Shown in pieces: positions 50,193 through 61,851 of a DNA stretch of 64,000 nucleotides. A model generated the notes under the pieces. That model searched no databases, was not told where the DNA came from, and saw nothing but the letters and a program-made list of their open reading frames with translations. The stretch is from Macrostomum lignano (lineage: Eukaryota), in assembly GCA_002269645.1 (NCBI GenBank), contig NIVC01000386.1, positions 248,001 through 312,000 of the forward strand. Direction: 5' to 3'. How positions within the stretch are numbered: the stretch's first letter is position 1; each line of letters starts with the position of its first letter. A program made the position numbers and the translations under genes.

Positions 50193-53100
50193 ATGAGCTC
50201 CAGCAGCTGCATCATCAACAACAGCAGCTGCAGCAGTGCCAGGCCAGCTGGCCACCCACACGGTGCAGTCCAGGTGGCATCTGACAATGAAGACAGCACC
50301 TCCGACCGCTTTGTGCTGGCCAGCGACTCGCTGCCACACAGCCCCGCGGCCTCGGCTGGCGACCCCGCCAGCTCTGGAGATGCCGCGGCACCTTGCACAG
50401 TCGCCTTTCGTACAGAGCACCCAGAGGGCACCCGCCTGCACCGCCTGGCCTTCGCTGGCGACGTGGCCGCCCTGGCCAGGGCTGTGCGCGACCTCGGATC
50501 CGAGGAGGTGGCCCGGCTTATCAATATCCAGGATAAGCATGGTGAGAGTCGCCGCTGTTTTGGTTGCTATGGAAACAAGCTAACTGTCGGCCTAACTGTG
50601 TCAGATCTAGATAGAGTATTTAGTATATACTAGAGCGTTATGGACAAACATACAAACAAACAAATATTAGAGATTTAGTATATTTAGATTGGATTGCTTG
50701 ATGAATTAGGTAGTATGGTTAAGTTCACGACGAACTTCTGGGCGCTGCCCAGATCTCTGGCTCTGATATGCAGCCGAAGTTGTTGCTGGCCAACCATTTT
50801 TGTATTTATAGGTGAAATCTTAAAAACAGTAGTCAATCTTGGTTGCTAGGCAACCATCTTTGTAGGTAAAATCTTTAAAACAGTACTCAATCTTGGTTGC
50901 TAGGCATCTATCTTTGTTTATGGGTAAGATCTTGAAAAACAATACTCAATATTGGTTGCTAGGCAACCATCTTTGTTTTTAGGTAAAATAGTAAAAAACA
51001 GTACTCAATCTTGGTTGCTAAGTAACCATCTTTGTTTGTAGGTAAAATCTTAAAAAACAGTACTCAATCTTGGTTGCTAGGCAACCATCTTTGTTTGTAG
51101 GTAAAATCTTAAAAACAGTATTCGATCTTGGTTGCTAGGCAACCATCTTTGTTTGTAGGTAAAATCTTAAAAAACAGTATTCAGTCTTGGTTGCTAGGCA
51201 ACCATCTTTGTTTGTAGATAAAATAGTAAAAACAGTAGTCAATATTGGTTGCTAGGCAATCATATATTTTGTTTGTAGGTAAAATAGTAAAAACAGTACT
51301 TAATCCTGGTTGCCAGGCAAGTTGAACTAATCAAAGCATCTATCTTCGTTGCCAGGCAACACAGCGCTACACATCGCAATAATGCGCGGTCACCACGCCT
51401 GCGTGACGCTACTGACGGGCGAGGGCGCCTCCGTGCGGATCCGCAACCGGGAGTGCTGGTCACCCATCTGCGAGGCCGTCAGCTATGGGGACAGGAAGAC
51501 CAGTAGGTGGCTCGCGTGTTGCAAGGCTGGGATGGTGTGTCTGGGTCTGTGTTGCGGCTGTCTGTAATTTGTCTCTTTTTGTGTTGTGTCTGGGTCTGTG
51601 TTTCGTCCGTCTGTAATGTGTCTCTTTCTGTGTTGTGTCTGGGTCTTTGAGTTTTGTCTGGGTTTCTGTGGTCTGTATCACTGAGCTATTTCCGTCTTTG
51701 TGGTGTTATGTGACTCTGAGGTGTGTCTTGGTCTATGTGTTGTCTAGATCTCCAGTTATCTGCAGTACCTTTGTGTTTTTTACCTGTGTCTCTCAAGGTA
51801 TCTCTGGGTCGATCTGGGTCCTTTCTTCTGTCTGGATTTGCCTGGGTCTCTTAGGGTATCCCTGGGGTTTCTCAGGGTATCCTTGGGGTCTCTCAGGGTA
51901 TCCCTGGGGTTTCTCAGGGTATCCTTGGGGTCTCTCAGGGTATCCCTGGGGTTTCTCAGGGTATCCCTGGGGTCTCTCAGGGTATCCCTGGGGTCTCTCA
52001 GGGTATCCCTGGGTCTCGTAGGGTATCCCTGGGTCTCTCAAGGTATCCCTGGGTCTCTTAGGGTATTCCTGGGTCTATCAGGGTATCCCTGGGGTCTCTC
52101 AGGGTATCCCTGAGGTTTCTCAGGGTATCCCTGGGTCTCTTAGGCTATCCCTGGGTCTCTCAGGGCGTCCCTGGTGTCTGTGTATGCCTGGGTCTCTATG
52201 GGTGTCCCTGGTGTCTGTGTATGCCTGGGTCTCTCAAGGTGTCCCTGGTGTCTGTGTATGCCTGGGTCTCTCAAGGTGTCCCTGGGTGTCTGTGTATGCC
52301 TGGATGTCTCAGGGTATCCCTGGGTCTCTCAAGGTGTCCCTGGTGTCTGTGTATGCCTGGGTCTCTATGGGTGTCCCTGGTGTCTGTGTATGCCTGGGTC
52401 TCTCAAGGTGTCCCTGGGTGTCTGTGTATGCCTGGATGTCTCAGGGTATCCCTGGGTCTCTCAAGGTGTCCCTGGTGTCTGTGTATGCCTGGGTCTCTAT
52501 GGGTGTCCCTGGTGTCTGTGTATGCCTGGGTCTCTATGGGTGTCCCTGGTGTCTGTGTATGCCTGGGTCTCTCAAGGTGTCCCTGGTGTCTGTGTATGCC
52601 TGGGTCTCTCAAGGTGTCCCTGGTGTCTGTGTATGCCTGGGTCTCTATGGGTGTCCCTGGTGTCTGTGTATGCCTGGGTCTCTCAAGGTGTCCCTGGTGT
52701 CTGTGTATGCCTGGGTCTCTCAAGGTGTCCCTGGTGTCTGTGTATGCCTGGGTCTCTATGGGTGTCCCTGGGTGTCTGTGTATGCCTGGGTCTCTCAAGG
52801 TGTCCCTGGTGTCTGTGTATGCCTGGGTCTCTCAGGGTGTCCCTGGTGTCTGTGTATGCCTGGGTCTCTCAGGTATCCCTGGTGTCTGTGTATGCCTGGG
52901 TCTCTATGGTCCATCGGGTGCTCTTTTGGGCGAGTCTGGCTCTGTTTTTTGCAGCAGATTTTCTTGTTTTTCATCTTATAAAGAAGGCTTCTGGTCTGGC
53001 ATGTGTCTTCATCTGCGGGTCACGAGTATGTGTGCGGGCTGCAGCTGTGAGCAGCGCCTTCATCCTCTCCCCAGTCAGAATTTCTCGAAACCCCAGCTGC

Positions 53101-56100
53101 TTCGGTGCTCAATTGGAACAGACATTTTATTATTATGGATTCTGTGTTCCCAGCACTAACGATAACCCGCTCTGGCAGGCCGCCTTCCCGCCACCCCGCC
53201 CTCGCCTTTGAGTCCTCGGGCGCGCGCGCCGCCTCAATCGGCTTGAGGGTGGAGGGGGGGGTAATTAACTAGAGGGAAAGAGACTGTAAGCCTCATCGGC
53301 TCTTAATCAGCGTCTGCAAATGACTGAGCTGTGTCTGCTTAGGAATGCTTATTGTATTTACTGACTGAGCTCCCTGTGTGATCTTGATGGCGCTGCTGAG
53401 CTGCCCTAGAATTCCCGTAGCTCTAGCCATTAGCTCCGCATTGTAAGCCGCTGTTGAGTGACAGACCGGCTGACGGACTGAGTGACAGACTGGCTGACAG
53501 AGTGGCTGACAGAGTGGCTGACAGACTGGCTGACAGAGTGTCTGACAGAGTGGCTGACAGACTGTCTGACAGACTTAGTGACAGATTGGCTAGCTGACTG
53601 AGTGACAGACTGGCTGACAGACTTAGTGACAGACTGGCTGACAGACTGAGTGACAGACTGGCTGACAGACTGGCTGACAGACTAGCTGACATACTGACTG
53701 AAAGATTCCAATGCCAAACCCATTTCCAGTCCTGCACATCATCCGCCTGCTGCACCGGGAGCTGCAGGAGCTCGGCGAATCGCGCAGGCAGGACCTCATC
53801 CGGCTGCTCAAGTCTCTGCCGGACTTCTACCTGGAGATCAAGTGGGACTTCCAGACCTGGGGTGAGTGGCAGCTTAGTTTCCTGTCAATCCGACTGCCAC
53901 CACCTGGTCGGTCACTCCCACTGCCGCACCTGTCACTCTCCCACCTGATGCGTCACTCCATCTTCTACACCTGTCACTCTCCCACCTGATGCGTCACTCC
54001 CTCTGCCACACCTGTCAGTCTCCCACCTGATGCGTCACTCCCTCTGCCACACCTGTCACTCTCCACTCTCCCATCTGATCCGTCACTCCCTCTGTCACAC
54101 CTGTCACTCTCCCACCCGATCCGTCACTCCCGCATCCCCCACGCAGTGCCTCTGCTGTCCCGCCTGCTGCCCAGCGACGTGTGCCGGCTGTACAAGAAGG
54201 GCGCCCGTGTCCGCATGGACAGCACCCTGGTGGACTTTGAGGACATGCGCTGGACTCGGGGCGACATCTCCTTCTTGTACAACGGCGAGGAGAAGGCGCG
54301 CAATGCCTTCGTCATGCTGGACAACGCGGCCCGCTGCTACCAGCGGATGCGGCGCGAGAGGAACAGCGAGAGGGACCTGGCCTCCGAGGCAGACATGCTC
54401 ATGGCCAGCGATGTGGTCTTCGCCAAGCTCGACACCGCCAGGGCCAAGTTCTCCAGGCAGCAACAGGTGGGAGTCTGCGCGGGACTGCCTGCTGAGCAGT
54501 GGGATTCCTGTGCCTGTGGGATTCCTGTGTCTGTGGGATTCCGATGCCTGTGGGATTCCTGTGTCTGTGGGATTCCTGTGCCTGTGGGATTCCTGTGTCT
54601 ATGAGATTCCTGTGTCTATGGGATTTGTCTGTGGGATTCCTGTGTCTATGGGATTTGTCTGTGGGATTCCTGTGTCTATGGGATTTGTCTGTGGGATTCC
54701 TGTGTCTGTAGGATCTGAATTAACGGAAGCTCATAGTGTTCCATCCCCAGCTTCGTGAGTCTTGGCTTCATCTCTATGTGCCCAGGCCTCCCAGCTTCAT
54801 GTACTCACTCACCCGAGCTCCATCACTCCCCCTCCGCAGGGCTGGCTGTGGCGGCGGCACGAGCGCAGCGAGCAGGTGGGTGCCTGGAGCGCCAGCTTCT
54901 ACGAGGTGCGCGGCCTGCGGCTGTGCGTGCGGAAGCGGCGCGAGCACCTGTCTGCTGAGGACGTCCGGCGCAACAAGGAAGTGATGGAGAAATTTGCCAA
55001 AGGTCACGTGGCCCAGAATCTCGAATTCGAGGAGCGCCATTCGCTGCCGCCGCCGACCCCGCCGCCGGAGCCCGAGGATGAGGCGGCCCTGGAAGCTGCC
55101 TGGGCGGCCTACCTGGCCGGAGACAGTCCCTACCTGGGCCGCAAGCCCGTGCTGAAGGACAGCATCAAGACCCACACATGCCGGCTGGCTATGGCCGAGG
55201 ATTTCCCGCTGGATGTGAAGCAGTAAGCAGTTTCCCTGTGAGATTCCTATCATGAGATTGTGAGATTCCTACCATGAAATTAAAATTCCTACCGTGAGAT
55301 TATAAGACTCCTACCATGCGATTGTAGATTCCTACCATGAGATTGTGAGATTCCTACCGTGAGACTATGAGGCTCCTACCATGGGATTGTGAGATTCCTA
55401 CCATGAGATTATGAAACTTCTAACATGAGATTGTGATATTCCTACCGTGAGATTATGAGGCTCCTACCATGGGATTGTGAGATTCCTACCATGAGATTAT
55501 GAAACTTCTAACATGAGATTGAGATTCCTATCGTGAGATTAAAATTCCTACCATGAGATTGTAGATTCTTACCATGAGATTGTAAGATTCCTACCATGAG
55601 ATTGTAGATTCTTACCATGAGATTGTGTGGTATTTACTGTGAGATTATGAGGCTCCTACCATGAGAATATGAGATTCATACCATGAGATTGTGAGATTCT
55701 TGCAATTCCTAGCATTAAGATTCCAGTATGAGATCTCCCCTGGAATTATCCCAAGACCGCAGTCCCAAACCCCAAATCGATCCGCCAGATTCCTCGAGCT
55801 GCTCCGCCTGCTGGCGCCGTTCAAGCAGTTCAACCGGTTGCGCGAATTCCTCAGCAACCAGCTGCCGCCCGGGTTCCCGGTGAAGATCGGTGAGCTTCGC
55901 TTTGGTGACAGTGCGGCACCATAGGCGGCCATGCCTACTTGCAGTAGTATAAGTGCTGTGGGATGCAGTCTTGCAGTTTTTTGCTAGTGATTTGCAATTG
56001 AATATGAGCAGTGCAGAGGTAATACCAAATAATGAATATATAAATATGAGCAAGCTATAAGTAGGTGGCATGACCTTTATGAGCAGGTTAAAATAGGCAT

Positions 56101-57041
56101 AACCATTATGAGCAGGCTATCAGTAGGTATGACCATTATAAGCAGGCTATAAGTAAGCATGACATTTATGAGCAGGCTATAATTATACATGACCATTATC
56201 AGTAGGCTATAAATAGGCATGACCATTATGAGCAGGCTGTCAGAAGGCATAACCATTATGAGCATTCTATCAGTAGGCATGACAATTATGAGCAGGCTAT
56301 AATTATACATGACCATTGTGAGCAGATAATAAGTAGGCATGACCATTATGAGCAGATTACAAGTAGACATGACCATTATGAGCAGGCTATCAGTAGGCAT
56401 GACCATTACGAGCGTATGAGCAGGCTATCAGTAGGCATGACCATTATGAGCATTCTATCAGTAGGCATGACAATTATGAGCAGGCTATAATTATACATGA
56501 CCATTATGAGCAGATAATAAGTAGGCATGACCATTATGAGCAGATTACAAGTAGGCATGACCATTATGAGCAGGCTATAAGTAAGCATGACATTTATGAG
56601 CAGGCTATAATTATACATGACCATTATCAGTAGGCTATAAATAGGCATGACCATTATGAGCAGGCTGTCAGAAGGCATAACCATTATGAGCATTCTATCA
56701 GTAGGCATGACAATTATGAGCAGGCTATAATTATACATGATCATTATGAGCAGATTACAAATAGACATGACCATTATGAGCAGGCTATCAGTAGGCATGA
56801 CCATTATGAGCAGGCTATCAGTAGGCATGACCATTATGAGCAGGCTATTAGTAGGCATGACCATTATGAGCAGAACCAAGCCAGCAGCCTCGCACACCCT
56901 CCCGCAGAGATGCCGGTCTATCCCACCATCACGGCCCAGGTGAGCTTCCGCCACTACGAGCTGCGCACCGACCTCGCCGACTCGCTGTTCGCCATCCCGG
57001 AGGGCTTCAAGCACAGCCGCCGCCGGTTCCCCAACTTGTGA
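50193..57041 (+). CDS. ANKRD13C: Ankyrin repeat domain-containing protein 13C-like, 7 coding exons
   Basis: Exons 50193-50541, 51356-51502, 53730-53861, 54147-54466, 54840-55222, 55789-55889, 56908-57041; GT-AG and phase-compatible. Motifs QDKHG/NTALHIA..WSPICEAVSYGDR, DFYLEIKWDFQTW/VPLLSRLLPSD, LREFL..LPPGFPVKI/EMPVYPTITA, ending RRFPNL* with no UIMs, as in 13C. An upstream non-coding exon is possible. Confidence 0.9.
50563..50576. promoter_or_regulatory. Canonical RFX X-box motif GTTGCTATGGAAAC near the start of ANKRD13C intron 1
   Basis: Matches the established 14-bp X-box consensus (GTYRCY-AT-RGNAAC); function untested. Confidence 0.45.
50780..51320. repeat. ~59-bp minisatellite containing the palindrome GGTTGCTAGGCAACC in ANKRD13C intron 1
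   Basis: About 10 units; perfect GTTGCTAGGCAAC at 50842, 50955, 51073, 51131 and 51190. Confidence 0.92.
51840..52905. repeat. Compound minisatellite (~20-bp CCCTGGGTCTCTCAGGGTAT grading into ~37-bp GGTGTCCCTGGTGTCTGTGTATGCCTGGGTCTCTCAA) in ANKRD13C intron 2
   Basis: Visible tandem units. Confidence 0.9.
53455..53700. repeat. 12-bp repeat (GACAGACTGGCT) before the ANKRD13C exon 3 acceptor
   Basis: Visible tandem units. Confidence 0.85.
53900..54125. repeat. ~41-bp repeat (CACCTGTCACTCTCCCACCTGATGCGTCACTCCCTCTGCCA) in ANKRD13C intron 3
   Basis: 4-5 visible units. Confidence 0.8.
54495..54712. repeat. ~17-bp repeat (TGTGGGATTCCTGTGTC) in ANKRD13C intron 4
   Basis: Visible tandem units. Confidence 0.85.
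55235..55700. repeat. ~22-bp repeat (GAGATTCCTACCATGAGATTGT) in ANKRD13C intron 5
   Basis: Visible degenerate units. Confidence 0.85.
56060..56875. repeat. 30-bp minisatellite (TGACCATTATGAGCAGGCTATCAGTAGGCA) in ANKRD13C intron 6
   Basis: 10-aa periodic ORFs (LLIMVMPTDS). Confidence 0.92.
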
Positions 57042-57204
57042 CGGGACCTGGGGGACGCGGCCCTCCTGCTGCCGCTGACCGCGCCGCTGGTGGCCGAGGC
57101 TGGCGACGGCGGCCACCTGCTGTGCGTCGACCTGCCGCTGTCCAATGTCGGCGAGTCCGGGCCCGTCCTCCGAGTGGAACTCTGATGTCCTTGATAGAAT
57201 GCTG

Positions 57205-57805
57205 CATTGAGTCCTTTGATGTGTGCCGCCCCCGCTGCTATCTGAATCCTTTGATGTGTGCCGCCACCGCTGCTATCTGAATCCTTTGATGTGTGCCACC
57301 CCCGCTGCTATCTGAATCCTTTGATGTGTGCCGCCCCCGCTGCTATCTGAATCCTTTGATGTGTGCCACCCCCGCTGCTATCTGAATCCTTTGATGTGTG
57401 CCGCCCCCGCTGCTATCTGAATCCTTTGATGTGTGCCACCCCCGCTGCTATCTGAATCCTTTGATGTGTGCCGCCCCCGCTGCTATCCGAGTCCTTTGAT
57501 GTGTGCCACCCCCGCTGCTATCTGAATCCTTTGATGTGTGCCACCCCCGCTGCTATCTGAATCCTTTGATGTGTGCCGCCCCCGCTGCTATCTGAATCCT
57601 TTGATGTGTGCCGCCACCGCTGCTATCTGAATCCTTTGATGTGTGCCACCCCCGCTGCTATCTGAATCCTTTGATGTGTGCCACCCCCGCTGCTATCTGA
57701 ATCCTTTGATGTGTGCCGCCCCCGCTGCTATCTGAATCCTTTGATGTGTGCCGCCCCCGCTGCTATCTGAATCCTTTGATGTGTGCCGCCCCCGCTGCTA
57801 TCTGA
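57205..57805. repeat. 35-bp minisatellite (TCTGAATCCTTTGATGTGTGCCGCCCCCGCTGCTA) 3' of ANKRD13C
   Basis: Visible tandem units. Confidence 0.95.
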
Positions 57806-58539
57806 TCACAGAATGTCCGGTATTGTTCAATCTACTCTAGAGAGCAGATTATTTTTAATTTTTACGAAACCAATTTTAGTTTTAAAGTTTTAAAAATGCT
57901 TATCGTGATGTTTTTACTGTTTATTTTAATCGAAAGCTGAATTAAAATTTTAGTTGTAGTTTAAAACTGATTGCTTACTCTCGATGATGAGGATTATCAT
58001 GATGTTGTTAATTGATGACGCAACTAGAGTGCCGGAGCAGTGCGCCTGCACTTGTACGATATCCGGGTCCAGTGGTTTGCCTCTTGCCTCATTTTCTATT
58101 CGAACTGTCGCTCAGCCTGCGGTAGCCCAGTTGTCTCAGGTAGTGAGATGCAGCACCCCACATTGTTGGCCAATATTTGAAGGCCGATTTTTGCAAATTT
58201 GCACGCAACGAAAATGGAAAACTGACGACAGCAGCCCGGAACTGTCAAATTTTCTAAACCAGTCGCTCGCGCCCCAGTGGCTTTTTTTGCAACTTCTGAG
58301 CTGTCAGCATTGATGATTTTGTAAAAATTCAATGAAATAATTCACTGTTCACACTTACAAGCACCAGTGCTTTGAACCAACTGGCATATCTGTGTCCATT
58401 GTGATCTGCTTTCTATTCAGCACTGGACTTTGGCTTTTTAAATACACAAGATTCTAATAAATTTTGTCTGGCTTTTGATTTTTTATCCAAATAGATAGTC
58501 AGAGATGCGACCCCTGTTTTTGTAACAATTTATGAATTC

Positions 58540-58975
58540 CTGGGGCAGCACACACTGAGGCCTGAAGCACTGGGGGCAGCACACACTGAGGCCTGAAGCA
58601 CTGGGGCAGCACACACTGAGGCCTGAAGCACTGGGGGCAGCACACACTGAGGCCTGAAGCACTGGGGCAGCACACACTGAGGCCTGAAGCACTGGGGCAG
58701 CACACACTGAGGCCTGAAGCACTGAGGGCAGCACACACTGAGGCCTGAAGCACTGAGAGCAGCACACACTGAGGCCTGAAGCACTGAGAGCAGCACACAC
58801 TGAGGCCTGAAGCACTGGGGGGCAGCACACACTGAGGCCTGAAGCACTGGGGGGGTGGGGCAGCACACACTGAGGCCTGAAGCACTGGGGCAGCACACAC
58901 TGAGGCCTGAAGAACTGGGGGGCAGAACACACTGAGGCCTGAAGAACTGGGGGCAGAACACACTGAGGCCTGGAG
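58540..58975. repeat. ~31-bp minisatellite (GCAGCACACACTGAGGCCTGAAGCACTGGGG) upstream of the REV7-like gene
   Basis: Visible tandem units. Confidence 0.92.
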
Positions 58976-59062
58976 GTCTTCTGGCATGAACCACTCTGCA
59001 TGAATGAGGTCAAAAAACACAAAAAGAGCTCTTAAACCGCTTCAGCCCTTTCCACATCCCGA

Positions 59063-59764
59063 ATGTCCGCACCGGAGCCATTGGCCGGCCGCAGCACCGC
59101 CGACCTCAGGCGAGGCGGAGCCAGCGAGGCGGAGCGCCGGCTGCTCACCTACGCGGCGGAGTTCATCGAGCTGCTGCTGCACCAGCTGCTGCGCCGGCAC
59201 CGGGTGTACCCGACTGGCGCCTTCCAGCTGCGCCAGCGCTACGGCTTGCCCGTGTGGCAGTGCGCGCACCCCCGGGTCGCCGAGTACACCGCGGCCGTGG
59301 CCAGCACCTTCGAGTTGTGCGCTGGCGCCGTCGACCGACTGCGGGTGACGTTCCGGCCCTGCCGCCCAGACCGTCGGGCAGTTCGCTACTGCCTGCTGGT
59401 GCGGCTGCGGCCTCAGCGGTTCGAGGACAACGCGGACGCCTGTCTGCGTCTGGAGGCCCAGCTGGCCCGCCTGCTGCTGTGCGCGCTGGAGCCGCCGCAG
59501 TGCAGGGAAGCCGCCGCAGAGCCGGCTGACGGAGCCGAGGAATCAGCTGAGTGGAGCGTGGAATTCGTTGCTAAGGAACCGCTGGAGGGACTCGCGAGTC
59601 CGCACTTCCCCATCGGCCGGGTCGGCTGCGAGGATGGCGGCGAGCGAGAGACATTCGGCGACGGCGCCCGCAGTCGATTGGCGCCGATGGGTAGCGCCGT
59701 GGCGCCGTTTCTGGGCCTGGATCTCGTTTTGGAGGAGCTGCCTGAGGATGCTGGGGAGGCGTAG
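59063..59764 (+). CDS. MAD2L2: HORMA-domain protein, REV7/MAD2B-like (233 aa, single coding exon)
   Basis: AEFIELLLHQLLRRHRVYPTGAFQLRQRYGLPVWQCAHPRVAEY resembles the REV7 N-terminal motif (EFLEVAVH..LY.R.VYP..IF..RKKYNVPV....HPEL..Y); the C-terminal half is divergent. Confidence 0.78.
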   Translation: MSAPEPLAGRSTADLRRGGASEAERRLLTYAAEFIELLLHQLLRRHRVYPTGAFQLRQRYGLPVWQCAHPRVAEYTAAVASTFELCAGAVDRLRVTFRPCRPDRRAVRYCLLVRLRPQRFEDNADACLRLEAQLARLLLCALEPPQCREAAAEPADGAEESAEWSVEFVAKEPLEGLASPHFPIGRVGCEDGGERETFGDGARSRLAPMGSAVAPFLGLDLVLEELPEDAGEA

Positions 59765-59767
59765 GCG

Positions 59768-60150
59768 GATGTGGGAGAGGCATGCACTGATGTGGGGGGA
59801 GGCATGCACTGATGTGGGGGAGGCATGCACTGATGTGGGGGAGGCATGCACGGATGTGGGGGAGGCATGCACGGATGTGGGGGAGGCATGCACGGATGTG
59901 GGGGAGGCATGCACGGATGTGGGGGAGGCATGCACGGATGTGGGGGAGGCATGCACGGATGTGGGGGAGGCATGCACGGATGTGGGGGAGGCATGCACGG
60001 ATGTGGGGGAGGCATGCACTGATGTGGGGGAGGCATGCACGGATGTGGGGGAGGCATGCACGGATGCGGGGGAGGCATGCACTGATGTGGGGGAGGCATG
60101 GACTGATGTGGGGGAGGCATGCACTGATGTGGGGGAGGCATGCACTGATG
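59768..60150. repeat. 21-bp minisatellite (GATGTGGGGGAGGCATGCACG) starting at the REV7 stop codon
   Basis: 7-aa periodic ORFs (DVGEACT). Confidence 0.95.
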
Positions 60151-60439
60151 ACACCCAGCTGCCCAGTGTTTCTACAAAGCTGAAATTTGTGCTCATTTTT
60201 ACTTCCAGTTTGAACCGTTGCATTTTTGTAAATACAAACTGCGCGCTGTGATCTGCGGTGAAAATGTTATTAAAAAATAAAAACTTTTCTTTTTGCTGAG
60301 CTTTGAATAGTTAATCTTTATTATTTATATAGCCAGGGCATCCTAAATATTTCTTGCTAAAGTTGCCAAAGTGATTCAGAGTAACTGTTTAATGGGGTCG
60401 AGTTTAATGTGGGGGTAAATTCTGGTTTAATTTGGTTGT

Positions 60440-60950
60440 GAAGTCGGGTTTAATGGGGCTGTGAAGTCTGGTTTAATGGGGCTGTGAAGTCGGGTTTAAT
60501 GGGGCTGTGAAGTCGGGTTTAATGGGGCTGTGAAGTCGGGTTTAATGGGGCTGTGAAGTAGGGTTTAATGGGGCTGTGAAGTCGGGTTTAATGGGGCTGT
60601 AAAGTCGGGTTTAATGGGGCTGTGAAGTCGGGTTTAATGGGGCTGTGAAGTAGGGTTTAATGGGGCTGTGAAGTAGGGTTTAATGGGGCTGTGAAGTAGG
60701 GTTTAATGGGGCTGTGAAGTAGGGTTTAATGGGGCTGTGAAGTAGGGTTTAATGGGGCTGTGAAGTAGGGTTTAATGGGGCTGTGAAGTAGGGTTTAATG
60801 GGGCTGTGAAGTAGGGTTTAATGGGGCTGTGAAGTAGGGTTTAATGGGGCTGTGAAGTCTGGTTTAATGGGGCTGTGAAGTAGGGTTTAATGGGGCTGTG
60901 AAGTCTGGTTTAATGGGGCTGTAAAGTCGGGTTTAATGGGGCTGTGAAGT
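60440..60950. repeat. 23-bp minisatellite (GGGTTTAATGGGGCTGTGAAGTA)
   Basis: Visible tandem units. Confidence 0.95.
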
Positions 60951-61851
60951 TGGCTGCAAGAATTCAGAAGAGTCCATAAGATTTTTCCGCCGAGATTTGC
61001 CCACAATGCTTTTTTCTGCAGTGCGTTTTGACTCCAATTCTCTTAGTAAAGAGAGTTAAGAGAGAGAAATGAAGTCCTGCTGCATGGAAGAAATTTGATA
61101 TGCAGTTACATGTACTACCGCCACGTCTTGATTGGGTAAATTTCTTCAGTAAGATTTACATGTAATAGGAAAAGCATTGCGGGCTACCTACATGTACCTT
61201 GGATTGCCTGATGTCTTGCGCTTCTGACGTCACAACGTGCTGAATTTCTCTTGCAGAGTAAACTTGTGTGAAAGAAATCTAGCACTTTGTGATGCCTGAA
61301 GCGTGACTGCTCACAGCTAAAACAGAGCTGGAAACCATCGACAGTAAAGTAAATTGAGAAGGTGCTCAGACTTGAAACTGCTTCGAGCGCATGCTTTGTC
61401 AGGATTGACAAACTGCAGTCAACCAAACTGGCTGTGTCAACCTTTGTAAACTTGCAAATTTATGCAAAACTGCCCCTGCAGACGAGATAAACCTTCCTTT
61501 ATTGAGTCTTGACTCTAACCAGTGATGCTGCGCATTATTCACCAGCTGCACTGAGTTTATATTTCAGACTCTATCTGGTCCCGTTTAACAGGCACTATCA
61601 AAGAAAATATTAAACAGACACTGCTCAAAGAGCTTTGTTGGGTTTGCTCACGACTGCTTTAAGGACTAAAATCCTCTGGGTTTATTTTTTGACAACTCTC
61701 TTTCCTTGCTCAGATTGCTAGTCAAACACGAGAGTGTTCTCAGTATTGTCACCTCGTAGCATCGTGTTCTCACTGGCACTTCTTTGCTCGGCTTGTAAGC
61801 CAAGCACTCTCGGTTTGCTTCAAAGCATTGGGTTCTCAATCTGCTCAAGCC

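Noticed and set aside
50780-51320. CRISPR-like look (palindromic repeat with regular spacing)
   Set aside because: The inter-palindrome sequences are copies of each other rather than unique spacers, there are no cas genes, and the context is a eukaryotic intron
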